Of a stretch of 35,624 nt of DNA, positions 7,051 through 17,393 are shown piece after piece. A model generated the notes under the pieces. That model did no database searches. It saw only the letters and a list, made by a program, of their open reading frames with translations, and had not been told where the DNA came from. Within the stretch, counting starts at the first letter, position 1. The number at the start of each line of letters is the position of its first letter. Location: IMG/VR virus record IMGVR_UViG_3300008970_000004; one strand, given 5' to 3'. Both the position numbers and the translations under genes were made by a program. This DNA is from a virus.

Positions 7051-8797
7051 GGGTGCTTGCTCCTTCCACTACTAGTTCTTCTGACGTTGTATCGTTCAGA
7101 ACTGTCAATTCACCACCAATTGGCGAACTCATTGCTAACATATCAATTTCACCTGATATGGGTTTGAACCATGTATTGTACTTTGTGTTATCTGGTTCGG
7201 TATCTTCAACCCAAGGATCGACTTTTATTTCAATAACTTTAGATCCTCCACTAGACCTGGAGCTGTTTTTAACAATATCATCTACGCCAAGATCATTCTT
7301 GATGATTTCTGTCAACTTGGTCTTTTTGAATCCAAGCTTGATTGATGTCACTTTTCCACCTGCAGAGTATTTGGTTACTTTCTCTGAAACAGGCAAATCT
7401 TTATAGTTTCCATTCGAATCATAAGCTCTTACAAGTTTATTCAGTTCAAATTCTGACAAGGGGATTGGTGATATCGTGTTGTCGTCTGTTAGAATGATGT
7501 TTTCTACATACCGACTATTTACTAACTCTGATACCGCGTTGAGTTGCGCCTGAGCTAAGTAGTCAGCTTCAAAGATTTTCTGCTGCACTGGATAGATTCT
7601 CTTATCTGATGGAGCATAACCTTCATAGATCTGATTGTCACTTCCGAGGGTATAAACTTTTTCAGGAAGATTTGGACGCGGATAATAGGTGCTACCAGTT
7701 TTCTTTGTGTATAAGACTTCACCAAGGATTCCAACTTTTCCATACTGCCAGTTACTGCAATAAATTGTTTCTCCGGTAATGCTATGCGTGTACTTGTATC
7801 CGATTCGATAATAAGCTTTATCATCAAACGGTTCAGTCTGTAATAAATCCCAGACTTGAGTACCTGAAGGAGGTGTTGATGGACATGATGTTCTATCTAT
7901 CAGAGCTGGATAAACATATCTCGTTGCCTTAACTTCCGATGCGTTATAACCAGTGATGTTCCCTGGGATGTATTCTTTGTTCTGAATTCTTCTAAGTACA
8001 TGATTATTTTCATATACTTTTGGATCAGGAAGAGCTGGAGTGATTCCAGAACCTACAAGATCACTTTTACTACTTGCTTCATCGTATTCTGTGATGTTGC
8101 TATCTAACCATTCGGTTTCGATTTCATCTATCGTATTGAAGCTAATCGTTGCAATGACTTTATTTGTCTTGATATCGGATGTTGTTTTTTCATGAATAAA
8201 GTCCTTCAAGTTTATTTCAATCATGCCGTTTTGCTTTTCATAGATGAATTCTATTCTATTGAGCGAAGCGTTAAATATTGCCTTCACAAAGTAATTAAAA
8301 TACCCAAGATAGGGTTTTTCAAATTTTTCAGCATTCACTACCAAGTACTTATTTGCATAGTCAGCAATAAACGTTGTGTCTGTGATGTCATCTGGAATAT
8401 TAAAGTAAACTGGAATATTTGTTATCATGCTGTCTGTTGAATTCATGATCGCTTCTGATGTTTTTGCAAATATTCCTTTAAGCTGTAAATTGATTGTCCC
8501 ATTTGACCAATCAAGCAAGACATCAATATTTCTTATCTTTCTTAGATCCTCACCTTTAAAATCAACGATGGAATCATCAAGTTTCTGAATGTTTCGAACA
8601 AACCCCGAGTGATATGTAGCACCAGCTGGTTGTGATGGATCCTTTAGAATATACAATGCTGCTTTCTCAATATTAACAAGTGTATAAATCTTAAACTTTG
8701 AAACATTAGGATCATATACTCGTTCTTCAGTTTCATAAGATATGACTTCTGCGTTGGTGATATGAGATAAGTCTCTATCATAAAGTTCGATGTACAT
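7034..8797 (-). CDS. Tail-associated protein (Tal / prophage-tail endopeptidase-like minor structural protein)
   Basis: Lies immediately after Dit, with a size typical of siphovirus Tal. The ATG at 8797..8795 overlaps the Dit stop as TAATG. The 8812 start in the ORF track is a GTG, so the ATG is preferred. Confidence 0.65.
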   Translation of the reverse strand: MYIELYDRDLSHITNAEVISYETEERVYDPNVSKFKIYTLVNIEKAALYILKDPSQPAGATYHSGFVRNIQKLDDSIVDFKGEDLRKIRNIDVLLDWSNGTINLQLKGIFAKTSEAIMNSTDSMITNIPVYFNIPDDITDTTFIADYANKYLVVNAEKFEKPYLGYFNYFVKAIFNASLNRIEFIYEKQNGMIEINLKDFIHEKTTSDIKTNKVIATISFNTIDEIETEWLDSNITEYDEASSKSDLVGSGITPALPDPKVYENNHVLRRIQNKEYIPGNITGYNASEVKATRYVYPALIDRTSCPSTPPSGTQVWDLLQTEPFDDKAYYRIGYKYTHSITGETIYCSNWQYGKVGILGEVLYTKKTGSTYYPRPNLPEKVYTLGSDNQIYEGYAPSDKRIYPVQQKIFEADYLAQAQLNAVSELVNSRYVENIILTDDNTISPIPLSEFELNKLVRAYDSNGNYKDLPVSEKVTKYSAGGKVTSIKLGFKKTKLTEIIKNDLGVDDIVKNSSRSSGGSKVIEIKVDPWVEDTEPDNTKYNTWFKPISGEIDMLAMSSPIGGELTVLNDTTSEELVVEGASTLETNY

Positions 8798-9573
8798 TAA
8801 TCCGTCACCCACTTTTTATAAACGACATGGACAGGTATTGATTCAATCTTCTCATGAATATCATATGAACCAGTTTCAATGACTGGAAATGCATACCCTA
8901 CATGATTAACCATGGTATACGCATTGACAAATGTATCACTCGCTATATCATTAAATATAATGGTCTTTTTCTCACTATCAATAATCAGTTTTTGACCTAG
9001 ATCTAAAGATTGAAAAATCTCCAACTCAAATACGGCTGTAAATAATCCTGTTGGTGTAACATCAAGAAAATAACTTAATTCTTCAGAATAAACTGTTTTT
9101 TGAAAAGTTACGATAGGTTCAATTGGCAAAAAATGATTATTAATGATGGTGATTCTGTTGCCTGATGCAGTAATGAGTTCATACCAAGGAGTTATTCTTT
9201 CAAAAACGAATTTCTCCTGGAGAACGTTGTAATTCGTCTTTTGAGATTTTGGAGCTTCTTTCAAAGCAACGTCAGCAAATACCGTTCTACCATTAACCGA
9301 ATATTCAAGAACTAACCCGTTAATCCAAGTCCCAAGGAATGTCATGAAACTGGTAAAATCCGTATAAGCATTAGAGCCAATCCCAAATATAATGGTCATG
9401 GCTATGTTTTGATAAGTTAGTTTCCGGTTTGAAACATACTTTCGTTGTGATGATTGATTGACATTGTATGAGAAACTAGATCCTAATCCATCGACATCAG
9501 TTACTTTGGAACTACCACTAGATAGATCAAATGATGCAGTCTTTAACTGATTCCATAATTTGAATGTTCTCAT
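8797..9573 (-). CDS. Distal tail protein (Dit-like)
   Basis: 258 aa, directly downstream of the tape measure gene, with a TAATG overlap at 9573. Call rests on position and size. Confidence 0.6.
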   Translation of the reverse strand: MRTFKLWNQLKTASFDLSSGSSKVTDVDGLGSSFSYNVNQSSQRKYVSNRKLTYQNIAMTIIFGIGSNAYTDFTSFMTFLGTWINGLVLEYSVNGRTVFADVALKEAPKSQKTNYNVLQEKFVFERITPWYELITASGNRITIINNHFLPIEPIVTFQKTVYSEELSYFLDVTPTGLFTAVFELEIFQSLDLGQKLIIDSEKKTIIFNDIASDTFVNAYTMVNHVGYAFPVIETGSYDIHEKIESIPVHVVYKKWVTD

Positions 9574-11573
9574 TATAATTCCTCCGCGAGTCTGATTTGA
9601 ATTTGTTGAACCATATCATCAAGATTCGCTTCTGCAGCATAGTTCTGAATAACGATTGCTCCAGCTGCAATGGTCACATTTTTTGTGGAAGTATCGTTGG
9701 TTATTGTGGAAGTATTATTAACAACTTGTTGGGTAGTGTTATTGCTAATTGCTTGATTAATTGGATTGCTAGGAGTTCTAGTTGTTGTAGTTTCTGATTT
9801 TGGCAACTTACCAGTTTCAAGCTGAATTTTAACATTCTCAATTTCTGATACAGTAAATCCAAGTACATCACCAATTTTATTAATATTTTTGATAACCTGG
9901 TTAATCCAATCAATTGCTTTATTTACTGCACTACCGATAAAATCCATAATACCTTGAATGAATGTTTGAATACCTTTAAAAATTGACATGTATAAGTCTG
10001 ACATGAATTTGAAGCCTTTGGAAATTGGTCCAATAATGAATCCAAGTAAAGTGTCTAAAACACTTATTACAACGTTTAGAACTGGTACGAGAATATCTGT
10101 TAATAAGGATATAAATGGCATAAAAGTTGTAACTAGCATCTGAATTCTTGTAGCCAATACGTTTCCTAAAATATCGACAATCGGCATAATGGCTTTAAAA
10201 ACTGTTTCAAGTAAATTTCCAACTACATTTAGTATAGGCATCAATGCAGTTCCAAGTGTTTTTACTAATGAATTGATGGATTCTCTGAAGTTTTCATTTG
10301 ATGAATATAACAAAGCAAATAATGCTGCTATTGCCGCAATTGGACCTAGAGCTAATCCCATTCCCTTAAATGCTGTTGACAAATTTCCAACCATTCCAAT
10401 CATTGATCCAATTCCAGATGTTATTTTTCCTGTAATTAGCAATACCGGAGCTAAAGCAGCAACTAAACCTAAAACGCCAACCATGACGTTCTTTTGTGAA
10501 TCTGATAAATTGCCAAACCATTCAGCAAGAGATTTTATAACTGGAACAATCCTCTGATTAACCACTTCAGCAAGGCTTTCCATGACGGGTAACAAAGCCA
10601 TCCCGATTTGATCTCTGATTGTTTTAAACGAAAATTTGAGGTTATTCAGCACATTATCAAAGTCAGCAAGACTATCAACCTGTTCGTTAGTTAGTGTGTC
10701 AAAGTTTTTGTATTCTTTCGCTAAATCAGCTAATCCTTCACCACCAGCTTTAAGCATTGGAATCAATTTCGCACCCATGCGTTCACCAAAGATTTCGTTA
10801 ACGTATGCAGCTTGCATAATTGGATCCTCAATACTTGCAAGTTTATTCACTAATTCATCAAAATTCACACCCATGCCCTTGGTTGCTTCCTCAGAAGAAA
10901 ATCCAAGTTCTATGAGCGCTTTACTCATAACGTCTATGTCACCCTTGGCCAACGATGCAAATGCACCTTGTGCTTTAACTAAACCTGCCTGCAACTCATC
11001 ATTAGTAACATCTGTTTGCATTGCAATATATTGCCACTTTTGAAGTTCTTCTGCAGAAAGATTAACTCGATCTGCAAATGTTTTCAAGTTATCTGCAGAT
11101 TCAATAGTTGATTTGCCAATAGCGGTCATTCCAGTAAGGATGCCTGCTGCAGCTGCACTGAATGGCAATAAAGCTTGTCCTGCTTTAGTAAACGTATCAC
11201 CAACATTTTTAAAACCATTGACTAGATTGTCCATCTTGACTTGATTTATTTCTTGTAATTGTTGTTTAAGTTGGACTGCTTCAGCTTCTGTTTTTATCAA
11301 TTTTGAACCTAAATCATCATACTCTTTCGTATCAATCTTTCCAGCGGATTCGAGTTTTTTGAGTTCTTCTTTAAATGTCTTTGCTTTGTCTTCAGTTCTT
11401 TGAATTGCTTCTCTCATCATTCGTTGAGCTTCAGCATATCTTTTACCATCAAACTCGATTGCAAGTGATTTCTGAAGGTTTTTAGCATCTCTAACTAATC
11501 TGTTAGTTTCTGCATCATACTTCTTTGTATTTGCCAATATTTCTACTTCAATGGATGATCCAGTTTTCGCCAT
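9573..11573 (-). CDS. Tail tape measure protein
   Basis: 666 aa. N-terminal coiled coil, long central hydrophobic Gly/Ala/Leu-rich segment, position after the G/GT chaperones. Confidence 0.85.
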   Translation of the reverse strand: MAKTGSSIEVEILANTKKYDAETNRLVRDAKNLQKSLAIEFDGKRYAEAQRMMREAIQRTEDKAKTFKEELKKLESAGKIDTKEYDDLGSKLIKTEAEAVQLKQQLQEINQVKMDNLVNGFKNVGDTFTKAGQALLPFSAAAAGILTGMTAIGKSTIESADNLKTFADRVNLSAEELQKWQYIAMQTDVTNDELQAGLVKAQGAFASLAKGDIDVMSKALIELGFSSEEATKGMGVNFDELVNKLASIEDPIMQAAYVNEIFGERMGAKLIPMLKAGGEGLADLAKEYKNFDTLTNEQVDSLADFDNVLNNLKFSFKTIRDQIGMALLPVMESLAEVVNQRIVPVIKSLAEWFGNLSDSQKNVMVGVLGLVAALAPVLLITGKITSGIGSMIGMVGNLSTAFKGMGLALGPIAAIAALFALLYSSNENFRESINSLVKTLGTALMPILNVVGNLLETVFKAIMPIVDILGNVLATRIQMLVTTFMPFISLLTDILVPVLNVVISVLDTLLGFIIGPISKGFKFMSDLYMSIFKGIQTFIQGIMDFIGSAVNKAIDWINQVIKNINKIGDVLGFTVSEIENVKIQLETGKLPKSETTTTRTPSNPINQAISNNTTQQVVNNTSTITNDTSTKNVTIAAGAIVIQNYAAEANLDDMVQQIQIRLAEEL

Positions 11574-11588
11574 GTCTTCACCTTCTTT

Positions 11589-12250
11589 TTACAATCTATC
11601 AAAATCATCAGCTGTCGCTTTTCTTCTTTCAATTCCAAGAGATGATAATCGATCACGTTCTTTATCAGATTTCATTCTTTCCAAAACGTCGATATCATAT
11701 TCAATAATCATAGCTTGAAGATCTGTATAGTTCAGTGATTCCATTAAACCATACTGTATTTTGTGTTCATTTGCCTTCTTTACCACTTTTAAAACAGAAG
11801 GCACGGACTCAATCTGTTCGCTTTTTCCGAATAATTCGTCAAAAAGTCTGTTAAGTCTTTGAGCCCGTGCTACTAGTTTTTTGAGGCAAATTTACCAACT
11901 TCCTGAATGACTGCAGATATCTTGCTCATAACGGTTTCAATGTTCGATACATCTAGAATGCCAACAAAGTCTTCAAAACTACCAAGTTTTGGAGAACTGA
12001 TGAAACAATAAATAACTCTAAGCAAATCTAAAAGATGCTTAGCTGCTGTTTTTTCATCTTTATTCCATTCTGAAGCAATTGCAGTCATGGATGATAAATC
12101 AACACCCTTTTTAAGTTCTTGGAAATGTGTTTCCCATTTAAGATGAGCTTTAAAAGATGTGTCTACGATCACAGTCAATTCTTCATTTTTTTGTACATAT
12201 TTGTCGTTTTCTTTTTCATAAGAAACCGTTGGTAATTTAATCGCAATCAT
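11589..12250 (-). CDS. Tail assembly chaperone gpGT-like fusion made by -1 programmed ribosomal frameshift (about 220 aa)
   Basis: The -1 frame from the slip site is open through to the stop at 11589..11591 and is the same frame as the 11589..11804 ORF in the track. Codon phases checked: zero-frame first positions are 1 mod 3, downstream ORF is 2 mod 3, which equals a -1 shift on the minus strand. Confidence 0.75.
11873..12250 (-). CDS. Tail assembly chaperone (gpG-like, zero-frame product)
   Basis: 125 aa between the major tail and tape measure genes. Ends ...GCC TCA AAA AAC TAG, which contains a slippery heptamer. Confidence 0.8.
   Translation of the reverse strand: MIAIKLPTVSYEKENDKYVQKNEELTVIVDTSFKAHLKWETHFQELKKGVDLSSMTAIASEWNKDEKTAAKHLLDLLRVIYCFISSPKLGSFEDFVGILDVSNIETVMSKISAVIQEVGKFASKN
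11876..11882 (-). promoter_or_regulatory. Slippery heptamer A_AAA_AAC (X_XXY_YYZ) for the G/GT -1 frameshift
   Basis: The minus strand reads TC A AAA AAC TAG. The heptamer is in the correct phase and sits immediately before the zero-frame stop. Confidence 0.75.
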
Positions 12251-12263
12251 TGTATCCTCCTAA

Positions 12264-12878
12264 TTAAACCGGCATTTTCGGAGTTGGTACTGCATCTCCA
12301 AATGTTGCATATGCGGCATCACCAGGTTTAACTGATAATTTGGTAACTTTCAATTCGTTACCATTCGCATCCTTATAGACTGATAAACCATCATTGGTCA
12401 TCATCTTTTCACCAAGAATTTTCAACGGAATTTCAAGGTTATTTAAAGTGACATTTTCTTTGCTTTGAGTGTGTGTTTCTGATGGCTTGCCTGATGTAAC
12501 ATTTAACAACCATACTTTTTTAGTCTTGGTTATTCCATCAAGCAATAGATGAGACTCGAAATAAACAGCATGTTCCACGCTATCTTTTTGCGTAATATCA
12601 GCGACTGCACCTCCATCAACCAACATTTTTCTATTCATGTCGATTTCATAATCGTCTGAACTTTGAATAGTCGTTAGTGATCCAGTCAATCCTTGATCCG
12701 TTGTGATTTCACACAAAATTTCACCATCACCATGTACTGGTTCAGATGAAAATGTCGATTCAAGATTGATTGCTTCTGCATACGCAAGATCCTGTACTAC
12801 ACCGTAAGCACCATTGGATCCTTTAACGGAATACTTAACATTTTTGATGTTAAATTCTACTTCTTTTGTTTTTGACAT
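12264..12878 (-). CDS. Major tail protein
   Basis: 204 aa, immediately upstream of the chaperone pair. Composition and position are typical of siphovirus major tail proteins. Confidence 0.7.
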   Translation of the reverse strand: MSKTKEVEFNIKNVKYSVKGSNGAYGVVQDLAYAEAINLESTFSSEPVHGDGEILCEITTDQGLTGSLTTIQSSDDYEIDMNRKMLVDGGAVADITQKDSVEHAVYFESHLLLDGITKTKKVWLLNVTSGKPSETHTQSKENVTLNNLEIPLKILGEKMMTNDGLSVYKDANGNELKVTKLSVKPGDAAYATFGDAVPTPKMPV

Positions 12879-12881
12879 ACT

Positions 12882-13274
12882 TTATTCTCCTTTGTTAAAT
12901 GCATCATTAAAAGCATTGATAACTTGTTCTTTGCTTGTTCTAACTGTACGTTTAATAAATCCTTTGTGTGGTGATGAAACCGCATGCTCTAGATATGCAG
13001 CTAAGGGAACTTGTTTACCGTTACCTTTTTTGTCTGTTCCTTCAACTTTTTTGGAGTTTTTAACGTACCTCACACCGCTGTAATCTTTTTTAATATACCA
13101 AGATGCACTAAAATGAGGAAATGAATCACCTAATCCAACAGCATCTTCCAAATTTCTCTTAAGAACTTCAGCAGATGCATCAAGTCCCTTCTCAATTTGA
13201 GGTCTTAGTGACTGTTTTTTGAATTCTTCTAAGATACTTTCTAGCTGCTTATCAACACTAATTGATTCACTCAT
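12882..13274 (-). CDS. Tail completion / HK97 gp10-like morphogenesis protein
   Basis: 130 aa. The helical N-terminus and the ...PLAAYLEHAVSSPHKGFIKRT segment resemble the gp10-family signature. Lies just before the major tail gene. Confidence 0.5.
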   Translation of the reverse strand: MSESISVDKQLESILEEFKKQSLRPQIEKGLDASAEVLKRNLEDAVGLGDSFPHFSASWYIKKDYSGVRYVKNSKKVEGTDKKGNGKQVPLAAYLEHAVSSPHKGFIKRTVRTSKEQVINAFNDAFNKGE

Positions 13275-13635
13275 GATAAATCAGATCTCCAGTGATGGTT
13301 CTTGTAAAGTACCCGCTTTGAGAATCATATATGTTTCCTGAAAGCGTGTATTTTATGTCATTGATTTTTAGAATATCTATGATACTTCTGTATATTGATT
13401 GTGCATCATTTGATTTTCTACAGTTAACGTAAATTTCAAAAGACGATTCTCTTAATATACTGCCTCCATCACCAAATGATTTTGGTTCATCATATGCTTC
13501 TTCCTGAATGACAATATACTTATCAGGTTTTTTGTTGTTGTCTTCATCCTGGTGTTGCTTATAAATCTTAATTGTTGATGATGAGAGTGGTTTAAGTAAT
13601 TCCCATAGTAAGTTATCCGGATATGGCATTCTCAA
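13267..13635 (-). CDS. Head-tail joining / neck protein (family not resolved)
   Basis: 122-aa ORF in the connector block, overlapping both neighbours. Confidence 0.5.
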   Translation of the reverse strand: MRMPYPDNLLWELLKPLSSSTIKIYKQHQDEDNNKKPDKYIVIQEEAYDEPKSFGDGGSILRESSFEIYVNCRKSNDAQSIYRSIIDILKINDIKYTLSGNIYDSQSGYFTRTITGDLIYHE

Positions 13636-13972
13636 TCATCTCCTTAACTCCTGGTTCCTTTGTTTCAGATAGATTCAATCGAATTTTCTCGAAAGATTCT
13701 CCTTTTGCTGTATTGCTTACTTCAAGTGCATAACTAAGTCCATCTTTTTTATAGTAGACAAACTTGTTTTTTTTATATACTTGTCGTTGAATTTGAACTG
13801 TAGCGACTAGCTCAACATTGTTTGTATGTGCATTCCAAAACGTAGTTGCTCCAACTTCTGTTAATTCTCCAAGAACCTTTTTAAAAGATAAAATGGATCT
13901 TGAACGATCACCGCTGATTGGATCTTGAACTGAGTCAACATCAAATAGGTAAACTGTAACATTAGATAGCAT
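13613..13972 (-). CDS. Head closure / head-tail adaptor protein
   Basis: 119 aa, second gene after the capsid gene. Call rests on position and size. Confidence 0.5.
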   Translation of the reverse strand: MLSNVTVYLFDVDSVQDPISGDRSRSILSFKKVLGELTEVGATTFWNAHTNNVELVATVQIQRQVYKKNKFVYYKKDGLSYALEVSNTAKGESFEKIRLNLSETKEPGVKEMIENAISG

Positions 13973-14270
13973 CAGGAATCACCACATATTTCAGCTTTTG
14001 AAGATTTGATAAGTACACTGGAGAGGTTTGAAACTCTCCAGGTACCATTTTCAAATTATCCATGACAAACTGGGTTAGAGCGATTACTGATAACTTATTT
14101 GAAAAAATAACTTCATCTTTCACATCGGCTAATTCCATGTCAGCAATACCTGCTTCAATGAGCATACCAATCCGTGCGTTTGAATCAGCATCTGTTGTAT
14201 CAAAACCAACAGCGTATGCAATTTTACTGCTATACGCAGTTATAAATTCATCTTTAGTCATAATAACCAC
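13962..14270 (-). CDS. gp6-like head-tail connector protein
   Basis: 102 aa, immediately downstream of the major capsid gene. Call rests on position and size. Confidence 0.5.
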   Translation of the reverse strand: MVIMTKDEFITAYSSKIAYAVGFDTTDADSNARIGMLIEAGIADMELADVKDEVIFSNKLSVIALTQFVMDNLKMVPGEFQTSPVYLSNLQKLKYVVIPDAI

Positions 14271-14307
14271 CCTTAATTAATAATTGTTTAAAACTTAATT
14301 ATCGACG

Positions 14308-15504
14308 TTAGACTGTTGCTTTCTTGAGGAAAACGAAGCCAGCTGCATCTGCAACTTTTCCATCTGCGATCAATGTTGATTTCTCAATCCATTCATCGGT
14401 GTCTTCATCAAAATATTTTCTGTAGGACACTTGAAGGTTTGAATTCAATACCCATTCAGAAAGATCTCCAAACACTAGGACTACATCGCCGGAAGCTGCT
14501 GCATCAAAGCTTGGTAGGTAGTCAACGATTTCAACAGGATAGCCCAAGAATGTTCTATCTTGTTTTCCAGCAATACCCATGTTAACACGAGCCACTGGTT
14601 GACCTTGTGCATCAACCATTCCAGCCATGTAAATATCCCATGTTGCCTTATTTACATAAATGGCATTACCTGGAAGTGTTGAATAAGCACTCTTGATTTT
14701 CGAGATGAACTTACTCATCCAACCAGCGAATGTTGCATCTGTTGCCAAAAAGTTAAACTTTTGACCAGCAACGATTCTTGTGTCATTAAGTAAACCTGTA
14801 GGTTGACCTGTACCGGATCCGTTGAATACTGATGCTTCAACAGCTTTTACGATTGCACGAGTAATTGCTCTTGCAATGAGCTTTTCAAATTGGTCAAGTG
14901 TTGTTGCACTTGCTTCAAGCGAAGTTGCAATGCGAACTTGAAGCTTGTAGTAACCAAATGAAATATATGTGCTTGCTGATAGCTTTTTCTTTTCGGAAAC
15001 TGCTCCTTCAGCAACCCATGATGCTTCTGGCTTTAATGAACTAATCGGAATTCTAGCGCCACCTTGGACGTTTGATCTTGTGATCTTTTGGAACACATTA
15101 CCATAAGATTCCAATTCTTCTACTACACGGTTCATGATTGTAGTTGGAATTAAAGCGGAAACATCTGTTGTCAATGTGGTTGCATCTGCTCTTAATTCAG
15201 CAGGTACTGATCCACCCTTTTTAACATAATTCATGAACGCTGAGCGGTATGCAACAGTAGCCCTTGGATCTTCAACACCGAGGTCACCTTGGCCAGCTGC
15301 ACCACGAAGATTTAAACCACCAATTTGAGTAATGGTGACGGTCTGAACATTTAATGCTTTTTGAAGATTTGATCTTTCTTCGTTCAAAGTCTCGTACTCT
15401 TTTGTAAGTTCCGTGACTCGTTCAACTTTATCTGCAGTTTCGATTTCTGCTTTAATCTCATTCATTCTTGCTTCTTTTGCCTGTATTTGTTCTAATAACT
15501 TCAT
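14308..15504 (-). CDS. Major capsid protein, HK97 family
   Basis: 398 aa with an N-terminal coiled-coil delta-like domain (MKLLEQIQAKEARMNEIKAEIE...) followed by the capsid body. Lies after the prohead protease. Confidence 0.85.
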   Translation of the reverse strand: MKLLEQIQAKEARMNEIKAEIETADKVERVTELTKEYETLNEERSNLQKALNVQTVTITQIGGLNLRGAAGQGDLGVEDPRATVAYRSAFMNYVKKGGSVPAELRADATTLTTDVSALIPTTIMNRVVEELESYGNVFQKITRSNVQGGARIPISSLKPEASWVAEGAVSEKKKLSASTYISFGYYKLQVRIATSLEASATTLDQFEKLIARAITRAIVKAVEASVFNGSGTGQPTGLLNDTRIVAGQKFNFLATDATFAGWMSKFISKIKSAYSTLPGNAIYVNKATWDIYMAGMVDAQGQPVARVNMGIAGKQDRTFLGYPVEIVDYLPSFDAAASGDVVLVFGDLSEWVLNSNLQVSYRKYFDEDTDEWIEKSTLIADGKVADAAGFVFLKKATV

Positions 15505-15506
15505 TT

Positions 15507-16172
15507 TTACTTTCCTCCTAGATTATTTATTTTGAACAAAGCTTTTCTTTTTGCTATATCAAGACTTTCATTGTTCACCAACAAAGTTGATCGAGCACTC
15601 TCCAGTGCTTTCTTTTCGTTCTCCAACGTATCAGATGCTTGTCTAGCATATATTTCAGTGTCTCCGTAAGCAGGAAAATTCACTGCACTTACTTCATAGA
15701 CTCTTGAAATTTCGGTGATTTTTCGTTTTGGAATATCTTTCTCAAGATCGCTCCACTCATTTGCTGTAACCTGGAACATGAATGACATACCCGATATGTC
15801 ACCACGCTTGACTGCAGAAAAGAGATTCTTCGCCTCACTATTATTTGCGATGTCAAGGCTTGCTTTTATTTTTAAGCCTTTATCATCAATAATTAGTTGA
15901 AGTGTTGAACTGGCATTGTTCTTTCTTGATCTAGCTAAAGCAACTCTTGAATCGTCATGATTGACTAATAATACTACGTCCTCTAGAGCTGATTCTTTGA
16001 TTGCTCCTCTAGCTATCGATTCAATCCACCAGTTAGTGCCAATTACTGTTTCCGAATCGAATACCGCGGCATATCCTTCAATAGTCGCTGTTCCTTTATC
16101 TTTGTCTTCATCGATACTGATATCGACTAGATTAAATGAACGTCTTGCCCGAAGTTCTTTACTCAGATCCAT
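15507..16172 (-). CDS. Prohead (maturation) protease, HK97 family
   Basis: IEGYAAVFDSETVIG...VLLVNHD...GMSFMF...VSAVNFPAY resembles the HK97 protease family. The track start at 16286 overlaps the portal gene by 128 nt. The ATGs at 16175 and 16172 follow GAGGAGGA and are preferred (start uncertain by 3 nt). Confidence 0.8.
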   Translation of the reverse strand: MDLSKELRARRSFNLVDISIDEDKDKGTATIEGYAAVFDSETVIGTNWWIESIARGAIKESALEDVVLLVNHDDSRVALARSRKNNASSTLQLIIDDKGLKIKASLDIANNSEAKNLFSAVKRGDISGMSFMFQVTANEWSDLEKDIPKRKITEISRVYEVSAVNFPAYGDTEIYARQASDTLENEKKALESARSTLLVNNESLDIAKRKALFKINNLGGK

Positions 16173-17391
16173 CATTATCCTCCTCATTTTTAGTGGTTTC
16201 CTTGTCCACTTGATATTTGTCTGCTTGATCTTGGCTAACAAAATTAAGACTAACTTTTTCCGGACCGCCGTCTGCTTCATATCCAATAAGCTCTCTTTGT
16301 TCAGCTCTTGATATGTAATTGGCTGGCCCCATCAGTTTAATGATTTCCAATTTAGTTTTCATTGATAAATGGTTTACTAGCTTATCGTAAACCTTTATTT
16401 GATTACCAAACTTTCTTTCTCTTTGATTAAATAAGACATGTGTCGCAGCTTGTTCTATTGCAATCTTGAATGGTTCAATATTTTTTTGATATAGAGATTG
16501 CCATTCGTTTTCTGTTGCATCACCGGTAAGAATCTTCATCGATACTCCAAAGTTCAAAAGTGAAACCTTGTCCAAATGGTCAAGGATTTTCTCATCAACA
16601 ATTTGAGACTGGGTAGTTAGTGCATCAAACTTGCCATCAACACCCAGCACTCCAAACGCACCTTCACCTTTTTTCATATTAAGCTCAAATTCTTGTTTAA
16701 ACTTACCTAGTGCTTCTTCACCCATCTGTGATTTAGCACTTAAGATGCCCTTCAACTGCATGGATGCTTCAAGTGCACGTGGCATGAGTGTTGTTACTTG
16801 GTCGTAAATCTTTAGTTTTTTCAACAAATCAACTCGCGATTCATTTCCAAAATAATAATTGTCACCAAAGTGTTTTCTAAAATGAATAACTTCATCATAG
16901 GGAACGTTGTATGTTCCTCCGTTGATGATTCTAAATACTAGATAATACTTTTTAGTTTTTTCATCAAACACCATGTCTTCTGATTCCGAATTGATTGGAT
17001 AAATGGATTTAAGTTCTATATATTCTTCACCATTCGCATACTTATACTTATGATATTCTGGATACCAGTATGCATTCGATTTCAGCTCCAACCTATAAGC
17101 TGTCCAATATAACATATCTTTAAGGATCATCAATTCATTCGGTTTATCCATAAGTAATTCATTGATTGTATCATTATTGGTTTTTACGATTCCGTCTTTT
17201 ATTTTTACTGATTTCAAAATCATCTTTGATGCTTCTTCTGCAATGGTATGAATACACGCTCTAACTACTGATGCTTCATATACATTAATTGCAGGTGATG
17301 ATGATAAGTAATTCCCAAAATTGACGAACTTTGTATTTTTATCATTTTTATCTCTCAAGAATTTGTTTACTAGATCTCCAAACCATCCCAC
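16159..17391 (-). CDS. Portal protein
   Basis: 410 aa between the large terminase and the protease. Acidic C-terminus. Confidence 0.8.
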   Translation of the reverse strand: MGWFGDLVNKFLRDKNDKNTKFVNFGNYLSSSPAINVYEASVVRACIHTIAEEASKMILKSVKIKDGIVKTNNDTINELLMDKPNELMILKDMLYWTAYRLELKSNAYWYPEYHKYKYANGEEYIELKSIYPINSESEDMVFDEKTKKYYLVFRIINGGTYNVPYDEVIHFRKHFGDNYYFGNESRVDLLKKLKIYDQVTTLMPRALEASMQLKGILSAKSQMGEEALGKFKQEFELNMKKGEGAFGVLGVDGKFDALTTQSQIVDEKILDHLDKVSLLNFGVSMKILTGDATENEWQSLYQKNIEPFKIAIEQAATHVLFNQRERKFGNQIKVYDKLVNHLSMKTKLEIIKLMGPANYISRAEQRELIGYEADGGPEKVSLNFVSQDQADKYQVDKETTKNEEDNDGSE

Positions 17392-17393
17392 AA

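Noticed and set aside
1879-9575. TAATG stop/start overlaps (1881, 8797, 9573) and an ATGA overlap (3318..3321) as something unusual.
   Set aside because: These are standard translational-coupling junctions in phage late operons. I used them only to refine the start codons of Tal and the 100-aa protein.
11589-11804. The 71-aa ORF treated as an independent gene.
   Set aside because: Its listed start is a GTG without an SD. The frame stays open upstream to the A_AAA_AAC slip site of the preceding gene in exactly the -1 phase. It is therefore interpreted as the T part of a G/GT frameshift product.
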